A stretch of DNA of 64,000 nucleotides from an uncultured Clostridia bacterium (GCA_944381055.1 CALWJQ010000014.1:8537-72536); one strand, 5' to 3'; positions 37,870 through 48,350 are shown, numbered from the stretch's first letter. Translations and numbers: made by a program. Notes: generated by a model from the sequence alone, not told the origin.

Positions 37870-39141
37870 TCATTCCTGTATCTTGTCAGTCTGTTCCCGC
37901 CGGACGTCAGCCCCCAGGGCCGACAAAACCGTCTCCATGCGCTCGTAGCCGCGATCGATATGATGAATCCCGCCGACACTGCTTTCACCCTGCGCGCTCA
38001 GCGCAGCGATAACCAGTGCGGCCCCGCCCCGCAGATCGGTGGCCTGGACAGAAGCCCCGTGCAGCGGCGCGCCGCCGTCCACAACGGCCACGCGTCCCGA
38101 CACCCGGATGCGCGCGCCCATGCGCGCCAGTTCGCCGACGTGCCGGTAGCGGTTTTCAAAAATGTTTTCGACGAAAATGGTAACGCCCCGGGCCGTGCAA
38201 GCCACTGCCATCATCTGCGCCTGCGCGTCGGTAGGAAAACCAGGGTACGGCATGGTGCGCACCGGCGGCAGAGCCCGCAGCGGACGGTCTGCGCGCAGAC
38301 GGATGCTGCGTCCGGCAACGCTGATTTCACACCCGGCCTCGCCCAGCGCGCTTGTGACGGTGCCGACATGTTCTGGTTCACATTCGCGCAGGGTGACGTC
38401 GCCGCCGCAGGCGGCTGCGGCGCACAGATAGGTCGCCGCCTCGATGCGGTCAGGCATGATCCGATGCTCGGTGTCGCGGCGCGTATTGCCGCCGACGACG
38501 GCGATTTCCGACCCGCCGGCGCCCGTGATATTGGCCCCCGTCTTGCGCAGGAATTCCTGCAAATCGACGATTTCCGGCTCGCGCGCGGCGTTGATGATCC
38601 GAGTGACGCCGGCGCACGCCGTGGCGGCCAGCATGGCGTTTTCCGTCGCGCCCACGCTGGGGAAGGACAGCAGGATGTCGCGGCCTTCCATCTTTCCCGC
38701 TTCGCACAGGATTTCTGCGCCGCGCTCTTCGATGTGCACGCCCAGCCGCCGCAGCGCGTCCAGGTGCAGGTCGATGGGGCGCGGCCCCAGCTCGCACCCG
38801 CCGGGCGCCGTCAGACGGGCGCGCCCGCAGCGCGCGATAACCGGCCCCAGAAAAATGACCGACGATCGCATCTCGCGCATCAGGCTGTCGGGCACGTCCC
38901 ACCGCTCGATGACCGAAGAATCGACGATGACGGTCCGCCCTTCACGCGTGACCTTGCAGCCCAGGTGCCTCAAAATCCGGATAGCCGACTGCACGTCGCG
39001 CAGGTCCGGGCAGTTATGTAAAACATTGCGGCCCGCGTTGACCACGGTGGCCGCCAGAATCGGCAGAACGCTGTTTTTCGCGCCGTTGACCGCGACGGTG
39101 CCGGCGAGCGGCCGTCCGCCGTTGATAACGAACATACTCAT
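37870..39141 (-). CDS. murA: UDP-N-acetylglucosamine 1-carboxyvinyltransferase
   Basis: GAGGAG RBS then ATG 39141 (MSMFVINGGRPLAGTVAVNGAKNSVLPILAA); the track start 39210 is unlikely. EPSP-synthase-fold family. Confidence 0.92.
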   Translation of the reverse strand: MSMFVINGGRPLAGTVAVNGAKNSVLPILAATVVNAGRNVLHNCPDLRDVQSAIRILRHLGCKVTREGRTVIVDSSVIERWDVPDSLMREMRSSVIFLGPVIARCGRARLTAPGGCELGPRPIDLHLDALRRLGVHIEERGAEILCEAGKMEGRDILLSFPSVGATENAMLAATACAGVTRIINAAREPEIVDLQEFLRKTGANITGAGGSEIAVVGGNTRRDTEHRIMPDRIEAATYLCAAAACGGDVTLRECEPEHVGTVTSALGEAGCEISVAGRSIRLRADRPLRALPPVRTMPYPGFPTDAQAQMMAVACTARGVTIFVENIFENRYRHVGELARMGARIRVSGRVAVVDGGAPLHGASVQATDLRGGAALVIAALSAQGESSVGGIHHIDRGYERMETVLSALGADVRREQTDKIQE

Positions 39142-39256
39142 GCTGCTTCTCCTCTCGCGCGGATACGGGAAACGGGGCCTTTTCCCGGCTTTCCGCCCCC
39201 TTTGTCTCACGCCATACTATGCCGTGTGGCAGCGAGAGGTGATTGTCGCGCTTTTT

Positions 39257-40363
39257 CTATAAAATGCCCTTGACTGCGTCATAGATGCGCCGCAGCGCAT
39301 CGGGACGCGCGCGTTTTGCCGCGCATCTGCCCATCTGCCTGAGCCGTTCCGGGTCGCGCAGCAGGCTTTGCGCCGTCTCGTACAGCTTGTCGCCGGTACA
39401 TTCCGGTTCGGTCATGACGACGGCCGCCCCCGCCCGTTCGAGCAGGCGGGCATTTTTTTCCTGGTGGTTGCCCGTCACATAAGGGGACGGTACAATGATG
39501 GACGGCAGGCCGGCGCAGCAGACTTCGGCCAACGTGCTCGCCCCGGCGCGGCAGATGATCAGGTCAGCCTGCGCCATGGCCTTATCCATTTCAAAAATAT
39601 ATTCGCGCAGGTCGACGTTGCCGGCCTGCTCCAGGTCACAGCCCTTTTGACGGATTTCTCCGGGCATCCACTGAAAATTGCTGGAGCCCGCCGCGTGCAG
39701 CAGGTTGAACTCGCCTTCGCGCGCCGTGCGCACGATAAAGTCGACCATTTTTTTGTTCATGTACAGCGCGCCCACCGACCCCCAGAACGACAGGATCATC
39801 GGACGTCTGTGCGCGAAAATCGGGGGATATTCCCGTTCGCGGCAGCGCACGATTTCTTCGCGCACCGGGCTGCCGGTAAAGACAATGCGCTTGGCGCGGA
39901 TCTGCGAAGCAGTCTCTTCAAATCCGAGCATGACGCAGTCGGCGCGATGGCTCAGCCGCCGCACAACCATGCCGGGCGCGGCGTTGACTTCGAGCAGCGC
40001 CGTTTTGACGCCGAGCTGCTGGGCCGCCGCCACCATCGGGTAACTGGCGTAGCCGCCCGTACCGATCACGACGTCGGGCCGTACCTTTTTCAGGATTTTT
40101 TTTGCTTCGCGGACCGCCGCAACGGCATTCTGCCCCGCCCGCACATTCTGCCGCAGGCCGGACAGGTTCAGGCTGCGCGACAGCCCCGTCAGCGGAAAGG
40201 CGAACAGCTCGTATCCGGCGCGGCCGACCAGCTTTTCTTCAATGCCTCCCTTTGCGCCCGAAAACCAAATCTGGCAGTCTTCCTGCTTTTTGAAGTAGTC
40301 GGCCGCGGCCAAAGCCGGGTTGACGTGCCCCGCCGTGCCGCCGCCGCAGAAAATCACTTTCAT
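39257..40363 (-). CDS. murG: undecaprenyldiphospho-muramoylpentapeptide beta-N-acetylglucosaminyltransferase
   Basis: 368 aa. N-terminal MKVIFCGGGTAGHVNPALA and C-terminal GASTLAE...PSPYVTGNHQEKNA. Confidence 0.95.
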   Translation of the reverse strand: MKVIFCGGGTAGHVNPALAAADYFKKQEDCQIWFSGAKGGIEEKLVGRAGYELFAFPLTGLSRSLNLSGLRQNVRAGQNAVAAVREAKKILKKVRPDVVIGTGGYASYPMVAAAQQLGVKTALLEVNAAPGMVVRRLSHRADCVMLGFEETASQIRAKRIVFTGSPVREEIVRCREREYPPIFAHRRPMILSFWGSVGALYMNKKMVDFIVRTAREGEFNLLHAAGSSNFQWMPGEIRQKGCDLEQAGNVDLREYIFEMDKAMAQADLIICRAGASTLAEVCCAGLPSIIVPSPYVTGNHQEKNARLLERAGAAVVMTEPECTGDKLYETAQSLLRDPERLRQMGRCAAKRARPDALRRIYDAVKGIL

Positions 40364-40371
40364 TTTTTCAC

Positions 40372-41655
40372 CTATCCTTGTCTGGGAGCCGGTATCCTGC
40401 GGGATACCGACAAAACGATCCCCACTTCAGCCAGCAGCATCATAAGCGACGTGCCGCCGTAGCTGAAAAAGGGCAGCGACGCGCCGGTGACCGGGGCGAG
40501 CCCGGTGACGACAAACAGGTTAAAAATGGTTTGCAGCGCGATCTGCGTCGTCACGCCGGCAGCCAGCAGCGTGCCGAACTTATCGCCGGCTCGCATGGCG
40601 ATATAGTACCCGCGCATGATCAGGGCGACAAAAAGCGCAATGACCAGCAGCGCGCCGATAAGGCCCATTTCTTCGCACCAGACCGAAAAGATAAAGTCAT
40701 TGGGCGCTTCGGGCAGCCAGAGCTGTTTCTGCCGGCTCTGCCCCAGCCCGACGCCCCAGATGCCGCCCGACCCGATCGCCAGGAAAGACTGGATGGCCTG
40801 GTACCCTTTGCCGCGCGGATCGACATAAGGGTCCAGCCAGACCTGTAAGCGGGCGCTTGAGTGGGCCATGGTCAGCATCAGGGTGACCAGGCCGACGGCG
40901 GCCGTTCCGCCGCCCAGCCCCAGCCAGAACAGGTTGGCCCCGCCGATGTACATCATGACCGCGCCGATGCCGATGATGATGACAATGGCCGACCAGTGCG
41001 GCTGCGAATAAATGAGTCCGCACAGCACCCCGAGCATCAGTACATAAGGGACAATCCCGTAACGGAAGGTGTGCATTTTTTTCGTTCCGTAAATGGACAT
41101 CATGCTGGCAAAGCACACGATGACGGCGAGCTTTGCAATCTCAGAGGGCTGGAACTCGGTAAATCCCAAGTTGATCCAGCGCGTCGCGTCGTTGTGCTCT
41201 ACCCAGATGGGGCTCAGGAAAAAACGCGACGCCAGCAGCAATGCGCTGCCAACCATGGCCGGGATGGCAAGGTAATGGAACTTGTGATAGTTCATTCGCG
41301 AAATAAAAACCATCGCGGCAAGACCGATAGTGGCGAATATCCCCTGGCGGATGATGTAATGATAGGAATTGCCGCCCATACGGTAATAAGCGTCGGTATA
41401 GCTGGCCGAAAACAACGCCACCAGCCCGATGACCAGCAGCAGCAGAACCAGAACGGTAAAGGGCGCGTCGATGCCCGACAGCTTGGGCCGGGCATCCTGC
41501 TCGACCTCGCGCGTCGGCAGCTGCGACAGGTCGCGGGTCGGCATCATAATCGGTCCGTCCGGACGACGTGCGCGCTGTGCGCCTGCGGGCGCGCGCGGAG
41601 CCGGCTGCCGGTTTGACTTGTTCGTGTCGGTCACCTCCGTCCGGGAATTACGCAA
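40372..41655 (-). CDS. ftsW: SEDS-family peptidoglycan glycosyltransferase (FtsW/SpoVE/RodA family)
   Basis: 427 aa, polytopic. An N-terminal extension is followed by motifs such as QPSEIAKLAVIV and LPFFSYGGTSL. It overlaps the mraY stop by 8 nt. Confidence 0.9.
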   Translation of the reverse strand: MRNSRTEVTDTNKSNRQPAPRAPAGAQRARRPDGPIMMPTRDLSQLPTREVEQDARPKLSGIDAPFTVLVLLLLVIGLVALFSASYTDAYYRMGGNSYHYIIRQGIFATIGLAAMVFISRMNYHKFHYLAIPAMVGSALLLASRFFLSPIWVEHNDATRWINLGFTEFQPSEIAKLAVIVCFASMMSIYGTKKMHTFRYGIVPYVLMLGVLCGLIYSQPHWSAIVIIIGIGAVMMYIGGANLFWLGLGGGTAAVGLVTLMLTMAHSSARLQVWLDPYVDPRGKGYQAIQSFLAIGSGGIWGVGLGQSRQKQLWLPEAPNDFIFSVWCEEMGLIGALLVIALFVALIMRGYYIAMRAGDKFGTLLAAGVTTQIALQTIFNLFVVTGLAPVTGASLPFFSYGGTSLMMLLAEVGIVLSVSRRIPAPRQG

Positions 41656-42628
41656 AGAACAGGGTCAGCGCACAGCAGACCGCCGTGACAGCTGTAAAAA
41701 CAGCGACGATCTTCCGCTCGCTCCACCCGCATTTTTCAAAGTGGTGATGAATGGGCGCCATTTTAAAAATGCGCTTGCCGCCCGAAATTTTATAGTACGC
41801 CACCTGCAAAATGTCAGACAGCGTCTCAATGATATAAATCAGCCCCACAGGAACCAGAATGAGCGGCATGTCATAGACAAAAGCCATGGCGCACACCGCG
41901 CCGCCGAGATACAGCGAACCGGTGTCGCCCATAAAAACGCGGGCGGGATAGCGGTTGTACAGCAAAAACCCCAGAAGCCCGCCGAGCAGCGCGGCCGAAA
42001 ACCCCGACGGCGCCGTCAGCCCCGCCCCGTAAAAGGCGGCGCAGAAATACAGCGCCACAACGGCGGTCACCGACCCGCACAGGCCGTCGATACCGTCGGT
42101 CAGGTTGACGGCATTGACGGCGCCGACGATGACAAAAATGGAAAAGAGCAGGTAAACGCCCCACGGCAGATCGATCACAGCCCCCAGAAACGGCACCGTC
42201 AGGCGGTGCGTCAGATAGCTCTGGATCCGCAAAACGGTCAAAAACAGGGCGGCCGCCGCGATTTGCAGCAGCAGCTTCTGCATGGCCGTCAGGCCCTTGT
42301 TGCGCTTCTTTTTGACCTTCGTATAGTCGTCGACAAAGCCGATGGCGCCGAAAACCAGGCTGAGGCCCAGCATATACAGCGGGCGGGGGTCAGAAAACCC
42401 GTTCAAAAACATCACTGCGGCAACGGCGGCCGCCATGCCTGCGATAAAGATAAACCCGCCCATCGTCGGCGTGTTCTGCTTGTTCATGTGCCAGGTGGGG
42501 CCGTCTTCGAGAATCTTCTGGCCAAACTTGAGGCGGCGCAGGGTTTTGATAACGGCTGGCCCCGCGGCGGCTGCAACGGCAAACGCAGCACCGCACGCGG
42601 CCAGCATGACGGTCATCGAATTGTTCAC
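41648..42628 (-). CDS. mraY: phospho-N-acetylmuramoyl-pentapeptide transferase
   Basis: 326 aa. Motifs KQNTPTMGG, NAVNLTDGIDGL and FMGDTGSL. Confidence 0.95.
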   Translation of the reverse strand: MNNSMTVMLAACGAAFAVAAAAGPAVIKTLRRLKFGQKILEDGPTWHMNKQNTPTMGGFIFIAGMAAAVAAVMFLNGFSDPRPLYMLGLSLVFGAIGFVDDYTKVKKKRNKGLTAMQKLLLQIAAAALFLTVLRIQSYLTHRLTVPFLGAVIDLPWGVYLLFSIFVIVGAVNAVNLTDGIDGLCGSVTAVVALYFCAAFYGAGLTAPSGFSAALLGGLLGFLLYNRYPARVFMGDTGSLYLGGAVCAMAFVYDMPLILVPVGLIYIIETLSDILQVAYYKISGGKRIFKMAPIHHHFEKCGWSERKIVAVFTAVTAVCCALTLFFA

Positions 42629-42663
42629 GTTGGTTTTCCCCCCGGTTGCAGGGCAGCGCCTGC

Positions 42664-44109
42664 TTACTTTCCCTCGAAATAGGCGGCGATTTCTTCGCGC
42701 TCGTCCAGATGCAGCTTGACGCCCCGGACTTCCTGATAGGTCTCGTGCCCCTTTCCCATCAGCACGACGACGTCGCCGGGCTGCGCCAGGCTCAGGGCAT
42801 AGCGGATGGCCTCGCGGCGGTCGACGACGACGTGTACTTCAGCCGGACAGCCCTCCATGCCCGGCAGGATGTCGTCGATGATGCTCTGCGGGTCCTCGTC
42901 GCGCGGATTGTCGGTCGTGACGACGCAGACATCAGCCAAATCGCCGCCTGTCTTCCCCATTATGGGGCGTTTGGTCTTGTCGCGGTTCCCGCCGCAGCCG
43001 AACAGGGCGATGACCCGGTTTTTGGCAAAGCCGCGCACCGCGCGCAGCACGTTTTCCATCCCGTCAGGAGAATGTGCGTAATCAATAATAACGGTGTAAT
43101 CAGTGTCCGTGGGGACGACTTCAATGCGGCCCCGGACGCCGTGCAGGCCGCGCATGGCCGCAACGACCTGCTGAAAATCAAAGCCGAGCGCCAGCCCGAC
43201 GCCGACGGCGCACAGCGCGTTGTAGACCGAAAACATGCCGGGAATGGCCAGGCGGACACGGCCGATATGGCCTGTCGTGACCGCTTCGAACTCGACGTGG
43301 TCGGCCAGGAGCCGGATGTTTTTCGCCACCAGGTCGGCATTATCCGATCGGGCTGAATAGGTCTGGCAGGGGCACTGCGCCGCCTCGCGCATGACCGTGT
43401 GCCACGGGTCGTCGGCGTTGAGCACGGCGGCGCCGCAGCGGGTGAACAGCTTGCTTTTGGCCTGCGCATAGGCTTCCATCGTGCCGTGAAAGTCCAGGTG
43501 ATCACGGGTCAGATTGGTAAAGGCTGCGGCAGCGAAATGCAGGCCGTAGACGCGGTCGAGCGCCAGGGAATGGGATGAGACTTCCATAACGGCCCATGTG
43601 CAACCGGCGTCCCGCATGGCGCCGAGCAGCCGGAATAACTCATAGGACTCAGGGGTCGTGCGCTCGGCGGGCAGCGCCTCGTCGCCGATCAGAACATGGT
43701 TCGTGCCGATCAGCCCGACCTTCTGGCCGGTGCACTGTTCGATCAGGCCCTTGAGCAGGTGGGTCGTCGTCGTCTTCCCGTTGGTGCCGGTGACGCCGAC
43801 CAGTTTCATGTTCCGCGCCGGGTACCCGAAAAAGGTGTTGGACAGCGTCGCCAGCGCACGGCGGCCGTCTGGCACGACGATATACGGTCCTTTGTCATCC
43901 GGCGGGGTTTCGACGACAGCGGCGGCACAGCCGGCCGCCAAGGCCTCGGGCACAAACCGGTGCCCGTCGGCCTGGTACCCGCGAATGGCGACAAAGACGC
44001 TGCCCGGCGCGGCGCGGCGCGAATCGCGGCAGATGCCGGTGATGTCGAGCCCGCCGTCACACCCGATCAGGGTGTGGGGCGTATCCTTGAGCAGTTCTGA
44101 CAGCTTCAT
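42664..44109 (-). CDS. murE: UDP-N-acetylmuramoyl-L-alanyl-D-glutamate--2,6-diaminopimelate ligase
   Basis: 481 aa. P-loop GVTGTNGKTTT and a DNPR motif (TTDNPRDEDP) typical of meso-DAP-adding MurE. Confidence 0.9.
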   Translation of the reverse strand: MKLSELLKDTPHTLIGCDGGLDITGICRDSRRAAPGSVFVAIRGYQADGHRFVPEALAAGCAAAVVETPPDDKGPYIVVPDGRRALATLSNTFFGYPARNMKLVGVTGTNGKTTTTHLLKGLIEQCTGQKVGLIGTNHVLIGDEALPAERTTPESYELFRLLGAMRDAGCTWAVMEVSSHSLALDRVYGLHFAAAAFTNLTRDHLDFHGTMEAYAQAKSKLFTRCGAAVLNADDPWHTVMREAAQCPCQTYSARSDNADLVAKNIRLLADHVEFEAVTTGHIGRVRLAIPGMFSVYNALCAVGVGLALGFDFQQVVAAMRGLHGVRGRIEVVPTDTDYTVIIDYAHSPDGMENVLRAVRGFAKNRVIALFGCGGNRDKTKRPIMGKTGGDLADVCVVTTDNPRDEDPQSIIDDILPGMEGCPAEVHVVVDRREAIRYALSLAQPGDVVVLMGKGHETYQEVRGVKLHLDEREEIAAYFEGK

Positions 44110-44130
44110 GGGGCCTCCTTCCGGCGGATG

Positions 44131-46347
44131 CTACTCCGCCCGCTGATCGAGGTCGCTGAAGTCGACCGTGACGACGGTGCCCACGGCCACCTTCTGCGAT
44201 TCCTCCACGTCCTGTTTGATGGCGACGACATTGCCGCCGCTCGAGTTGACGGCGCCCGTCGCCCGGATATACAGGCCGAGATTGCTCAGCGTCCTGCGGG
44301 CGTTTTCAACCGTCATGCCGGTCAGATCGGGCACGGTGACCAGTTTATCGGGTTTTTCGCCGTCAGTGTACAAAATGACTTCGGCCTTGCTCGACACCAC
44401 GGCGCCGGCCGCCGGGATCTGGTCGGTGATGGTCGCGCCGCTTCCTTCGATGCGGTAGTTAATGCCGTTCTGCTTGAGCGCCGATTCTGCCTGTGCGCGC
44501 TCGTACCCGACGACGCCGGGCACCGAGATGTCCTTCTGTTCGAGTTCTTCTTCGGTGTACACCGGTTCGACCTCAAGATACGGCAAAACGTCTTCCATGA
44601 TGCGGCGGATGACCGGCGCGACGGTGATGCCGCCGGTCACGGGGTAGACGTTGGGTTCGTCGAGCATGACAAGCACGGCGATCTGCGGATCGTCGGCCGG
44701 GGCAAAGGCGACAAAAGACGAAATACGCAGCCCCGTGACGCCGGTCGCCAGCTCTTTGGCCTTTTTTTCAGACGTACCGGTCTTGCCGGCCACGCGGTAA
44801 CCCATGACATAGGCGTTTTTGCCCGTACCGACGGTAACGACCTGTTCGAGCATGTCGCACAGCTGATCCGACGTTTCTTCGGAAATAACCTGGCGGACCT
44901 CAGTCCGGTCATGGCTTTCGATAATATTCCCTTCGCTGTCGATCACTTCTTTGACAATGTAGGGCTCGAGCAGCGTACCGCCGTTGGCAACCGCCGAAAC
45001 GGCGGTGATGAGCTGCAGCGGGGTGATGGAAAAGTTTTGGCCAAAAGCCGCGACCGCAAGGTCGGTCGGGCCCATGTTGTTAAAGTAAATGCCCTGCGCT
45101 TCGCCCGGCAGATCAATGCCGGTCTTTTGGCGCAGCCCAAATGCCTTAAAGTATTCGCTGAACGTCTCAATCCCCAGCGACTGCCCGATTTCGATAAAGG
45201 CGGGGTTGCACGAATTGCAGATGGCTTCCAGCAGGTTCTGCGAGCCGTGCCCGCCCGCCTTCCAGCAGCTGATGTTCCACTTGTCGACCTTTTTATAACC
45301 GGGGCAATAGTAGCGGCTGTCCAGCGACACCGCCTTTTCTTCAAGCGCCATGGCCATTGTCAGGATTTTAAAGGTCGATCCGGGGTCATAAGCGTCAGAA
45401 ATGGCCTTGTTGCGCCACTGTTCGTTGAGGACTTCAGAGCGCTTGGCCGAACGCTCTTCCCCCGTCAGCGCGTCGACAGCCTCCTGATCCTCGGGGTCGA
45501 CGATGGTGAACGGGTCATTGGGGTCAAAGTCCGGCTTGGTCGACATGGCCAGGATGCCGCCCGTATTGACGTCCATGACGATTCCCGCCACCTTGTTCTG
45601 GACATTGTTGTCGTAAAGCGCCATTTCAAGGTTTTTTTCAAGGTAGTGCTGAATGACCTCGTCAATGGTCAGCACCAGGCTGTTGCCGTCTTCGGCGTCG
45701 TAATACATTTCGTACGCAAAGGGCATTTCGTCGCCCGCCGCGTTAGTCGCCGTGATGACGCGCCCCGGCGTGCCCGAAAGCTCTTCTTCGTAATAGGCTT
45801 CCAGCCCCGACAGGCCCTGCTGATCCGTTCCGACAAAGCCGAGCACATGGGACAGGAAATTGCCAAAGGGATAATAGCGTGTCGAATCGGGCTCCATAAA
45901 AATGCAGTTCAGATCATTTTCGTTGATAAACGCGCGGATCTGGTCGGTGACCTCTTTTTCCACGCCTTTTTTGACCACCGCCCAGGATGCCTTTTCCTGC
46001 ACCAGTTCGAGCACTTCTTCGTATTCCATATCGAGCAGCTCTGACAGCGTCTCGGCGATGAGCAGGCCCTGTTCCTCGTCTTCGATTTTAGCCGCTTCCA
46101 GCGTGACCACTTCTGTTGCCGCACTGATGGCCAGGGGTTTCATGTTGGCGTCATAAATGGTGCCGCGCACCGGTGTCAGCGTTTTATCCTTTGTCTGCTG
46201 CGACAGCGCCTGCTCCTGGTAAAAGTCAAACCGGACGACCTGCATATAGAACAGGCGCACGGCGACACACACAAAGCATACCGCGCCCAGGACGGCCGCA
46301 GTGATAATCAGCCGCCTGATCATTTTATTGTCCGCTTTTCTCTGCAC
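44131..46347 (-). CDS. class B penicillin-binding protein (FtsI/PBP2B/SpoVD family) with two C-terminal PASTA domains
   Basis: GAGGTGA RBS then GTG 46347; an alternative ATG lies at 46323 and the track start is 46413. TM anchor, PBP dimerisation domain, and transpeptidase motifs STFK and KTGT. Two PASTA repeats sit at the C-terminus. Confidence 0.9.
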   Translation of the reverse strand: MQRKADNKMIRRLIITAAVLGAVCFVCVAVRLFYMQVVRFDFYQEQALSQQTKDKTLTPVRGTIYDANMKPLAISAATEVVTLEAAKIEDEEQGLLIAETLSELLDMEYEEVLELVQEKASWAVVKKGVEKEVTDQIRAFINENDLNCIFMEPDSTRYYPFGNFLSHVLGFVGTDQQGLSGLEAYYEEELSGTPGRVITATNAAGDEMPFAYEMYYDAEDGNSLVLTIDEVIQHYLEKNLEMALYDNNVQNKVAGIVMDVNTGGILAMSTKPDFDPNDPFTIVDPEDQEAVDALTGEERSAKRSEVLNEQWRNKAISDAYDPGSTFKILTMAMALEEKAVSLDSRYYCPGYKKVDKWNISCWKAGGHGSQNLLEAICNSCNPAFIEIGQSLGIETFSEYFKAFGLRQKTGIDLPGEAQGIYFNNMGPTDLAVAAFGQNFSITPLQLITAVSAVANGGTLLEPYIVKEVIDSEGNIIESHDRTEVRQVISEETSDQLCDMLEQVVTVGTGKNAYVMGYRVAGKTGTSEKKAKELATGVTGLRISSFVAFAPADDPQIAVLVMLDEPNVYPVTGGITVAPVIRRIMEDVLPYLEVEPVYTEEELEQKDISVPGVVGYERAQAESALKQNGINYRIEGSGATITDQIPAAGAVVSSKAEVILYTDGEKPDKLVTVPDLTGMTVENARRTLSNLGLYIRATGAVNSSGGNVVAIKQDVEESQKVAVGTVVTVDFSDLDQRAE

Positions 46348-46479
46348 AATATCACCTCGGGATACGCCAAACACCCGGCCCGCGGCAGCCGGGACACAAA
46401 ACAGCCCCTTCAAAGAAACGGGAGTAAGAAATTTTCATTCCTCACTCCTCCGTCCGCTTAACTTATTATACTCTCTCCG

Positions 46480-46968
46480 TCAGCTGAGATATTCCACCAC
46501 GGCGTTGAAGCTGCTGATCAGCCCTGCGATCAGCGAAGGAGCCTGCGCTTCTTCCTGTGCCATGGCCGAACGCTCGGGGCTGCTCAGGTCAACATAGGTC
46601 ACCTGCGAACTGTCCTGCTTGACCATGCCCATATCCTGCGCGCGCTGTTCGACATAAGTCAGGTTATAAAGCTGTTCTTTTTCCGCGTTGAGCGCGTTTT
46701 CTTCGCTTTGCAGTTCAGCCAGGTCCTCTTTCAGGCGGGTATTCTCAGCCGTGAGCTCGGTCAGGCTGCTGTAACCGGTGAGAATGAACAGTACAACGGC
46801 AAAAACGCTGAGCACAATAACGCCGTATTTGATATAGGGCACTTTGGCAGGAGCCCTGCGGCGCGCCGATTTGTTTTCGGGCAACAGCTCGATCCGGGGA
46901 TTCTGCTGCTGCCGTTGATTGGGTTGTCCGACCTGTGCGGCTTTTTGCCGTGCTGGCGATGCTGCCAT
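46480..46968 (-). CDS. ftsL: FtsL-like cell division protein
   Basis: 162 aa. Basic N-terminus, a single TM helix (YGVIVLSVFAVVLFILTGY), then a coiled coil (TAENTRLKEDLAELQSEENALNAEKEQL). It sits between rsmH and the PBP gene. Confidence 0.75.
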   Translation of the reverse strand: MAASPARQKAAQVGQPNQRQQQNPRIELLPENKSARRRAPAKVPYIKYGVIVLSVFAVVLFILTGYSSLTELTAENTRLKEDLAELQSEENALNAEKEQLYNLTYVEQRAQDMGMVKQDSSQVTYVDLSSPERSAMAQEEAQAPSLIAGLISSFNAVVEYLS

Positions 46969-46994
46969 CGTGGTCCCTCCTGACGTGTTGATTT

Positions 46995-47930
46995 CTATAT
47001 TTTTTCCGCTGTGCGCAGGCGTGCCGACCGCGCGCGCGGGTTTTGCAAAAGTTCCTGTTCGCCGGCCGTCACTCCGCCTTTGTCAATCAGGCGGATCTGC
47101 GGCTTGCGCCCGCAGACGCAGACGGGAAATTCCTTGGGGCAGACGCAGCCTTTGGCCAGCTGGGCAAAGGTCTGCTTGACAATGCGGTCTTCAAGAGAAT
47201 GGAAGCTGATGACGGCCAGCCGCCCGCCCGGCGACAGGCAGCGCACCGCCCGGTCGAGCGCGGCCTGCACTGCCGAAAGCTCGCCGTTGACCTCAATTCG
47301 GATCGCCTGAAAGGTTCGCTTGGCCGGGTGCTGTTTTTCGCGCCGGGCCGCCGCCGGCATCGCCGCGCGGACGATCTCGCTCAGTTCCGCCGTCGTCTCG
47401 ATGGGCCTGTCCTTCCGGCGGGCCGCAATGGCCGCTGCGATACGCCCCGCGTACCGCTCTTCGCCGTACCCGCCGATGAGTTCGCGCAGGCTCTGTTCGC
47501 TGTACCCGTTGACAACATCGCGTGCCGTCAGCTTTTGCGTGCGATCCATCCGCATGTCGAGCGGCGCGTCATTTTTGTATGAAAACCCGCGTTCGGGCGT
47601 GTCCAGCTGATACGAGGACACCCCCAAATCGAGCAGGATGCCCTGCACCGCGGGAATTCCCAAGTCCCGCAGCACTGCGTCAATCTCGGTAAAGTTGCTT
47701 TTGACAAAGTCAATCCGGCAGGCAAACCCGGCCAGCCGGCCGCGCGCAGCGCGCAGCGCGTCGTCGTCGCGGTCAATGCACACCAGCCTTCCCCGTTCAT
47801 CCAGCCGCTGCGCAATCAGGCTGCTGTGCCCTCCGCCGCCCGTCGTGCCGTCGACGTAGACGCCGTCGGGCCGTACGGCCAAAGCGTCCATGCACTGCTG
47901 CGCCAGTACGGGAACATGATGAAATTCCAT
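46995..47930 (-). CDS. rsmH: 16S rRNA (cytosine1402-N4)-methyltransferase
   Basis: 311 aa. Starts MEFHHVPVL and contains DGTTGGGGHS and DLGVSSYQLD. Confidence 0.95.
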   Translation of the reverse strand: MEFHHVPVLAQQCMDALAVRPDGVYVDGTTGGGGHSSLIAQRLDERGRLVCIDRDDDALRAARGRLAGFACRIDFVKSNFTEIDAVLRDLGIPAVQGILLDLGVSSYQLDTPERGFSYKNDAPLDMRMDRTQKLTARDVVNGYSEQSLRELIGGYGEERYAGRIAAAIAARRKDRPIETTAELSEIVRAAMPAAARREKQHPAKRTFQAIRIEVNGELSAVQAALDRAVRCLSPGGRLAVISFHSLEDRIVKQTFAQLAKGCVCPKEFPVCVCGRKPQIRLIDKGGVTAGEQELLQNPRARSARLRTAEKI

Positions 47931-47933
47931 GTC

Positions 47934-48350
47934 TTAAAATCCCAGCTCGTCCATGGCCTCGGCCGCCGCTTCAGCGGTAACCCCTTCACTGTACGCACGC
48001 CACCGATCCGCGTTCCAGATCTCGGCGCGCCCCGAAACGCCCAGCACAAAGACCTCTTTTTTCAAATCCGCATATTCGCGCAGATGGGCAGGGATCAGGA
48101 TCCGCCCCTGTGCGTCAACCTCGCAGTCCGCAGCGCCGGAAAAGAAAAAGCGCTGCAAATTGCGGGACTTTGACATGGGAAGGGCGGCAATTTTTTTCTC
48201 AAGCTCGGCCCACGCCGGCTCGGAATAGACGAACAGGCAGTTGTCCAGCCCTTTGGTGACAATAAAACTGTCGCCCAGCTCTTCGCGCAGTTTGGTCGGG
48301 AAAACAAGACGGCCTTTCGCATCGATATTGTGCGGATATTGACCGAGCAT
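47934..48350 (-). CDS. mraZ: transcriptional regulator MraZ
   Basis: 138 aa. Two SpoVT/AbrB-like repeats with the DxxxR motif (NIDAKGRLVFP and EVDAQGRILIP). Confidence 0.95.
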   Translation of the reverse strand: MLGQYPHNIDAKGRLVFPTKLREELGDSFIVTKGLDNCLFVYSEPAWAELEKKIAALPMSKSRNLQRFFFSGAADCEVDAQGRILIPAHLREYADLKKEVFVLGVSGRAEIWNADRWRAYSEGVTAEAAAEAMDELGF

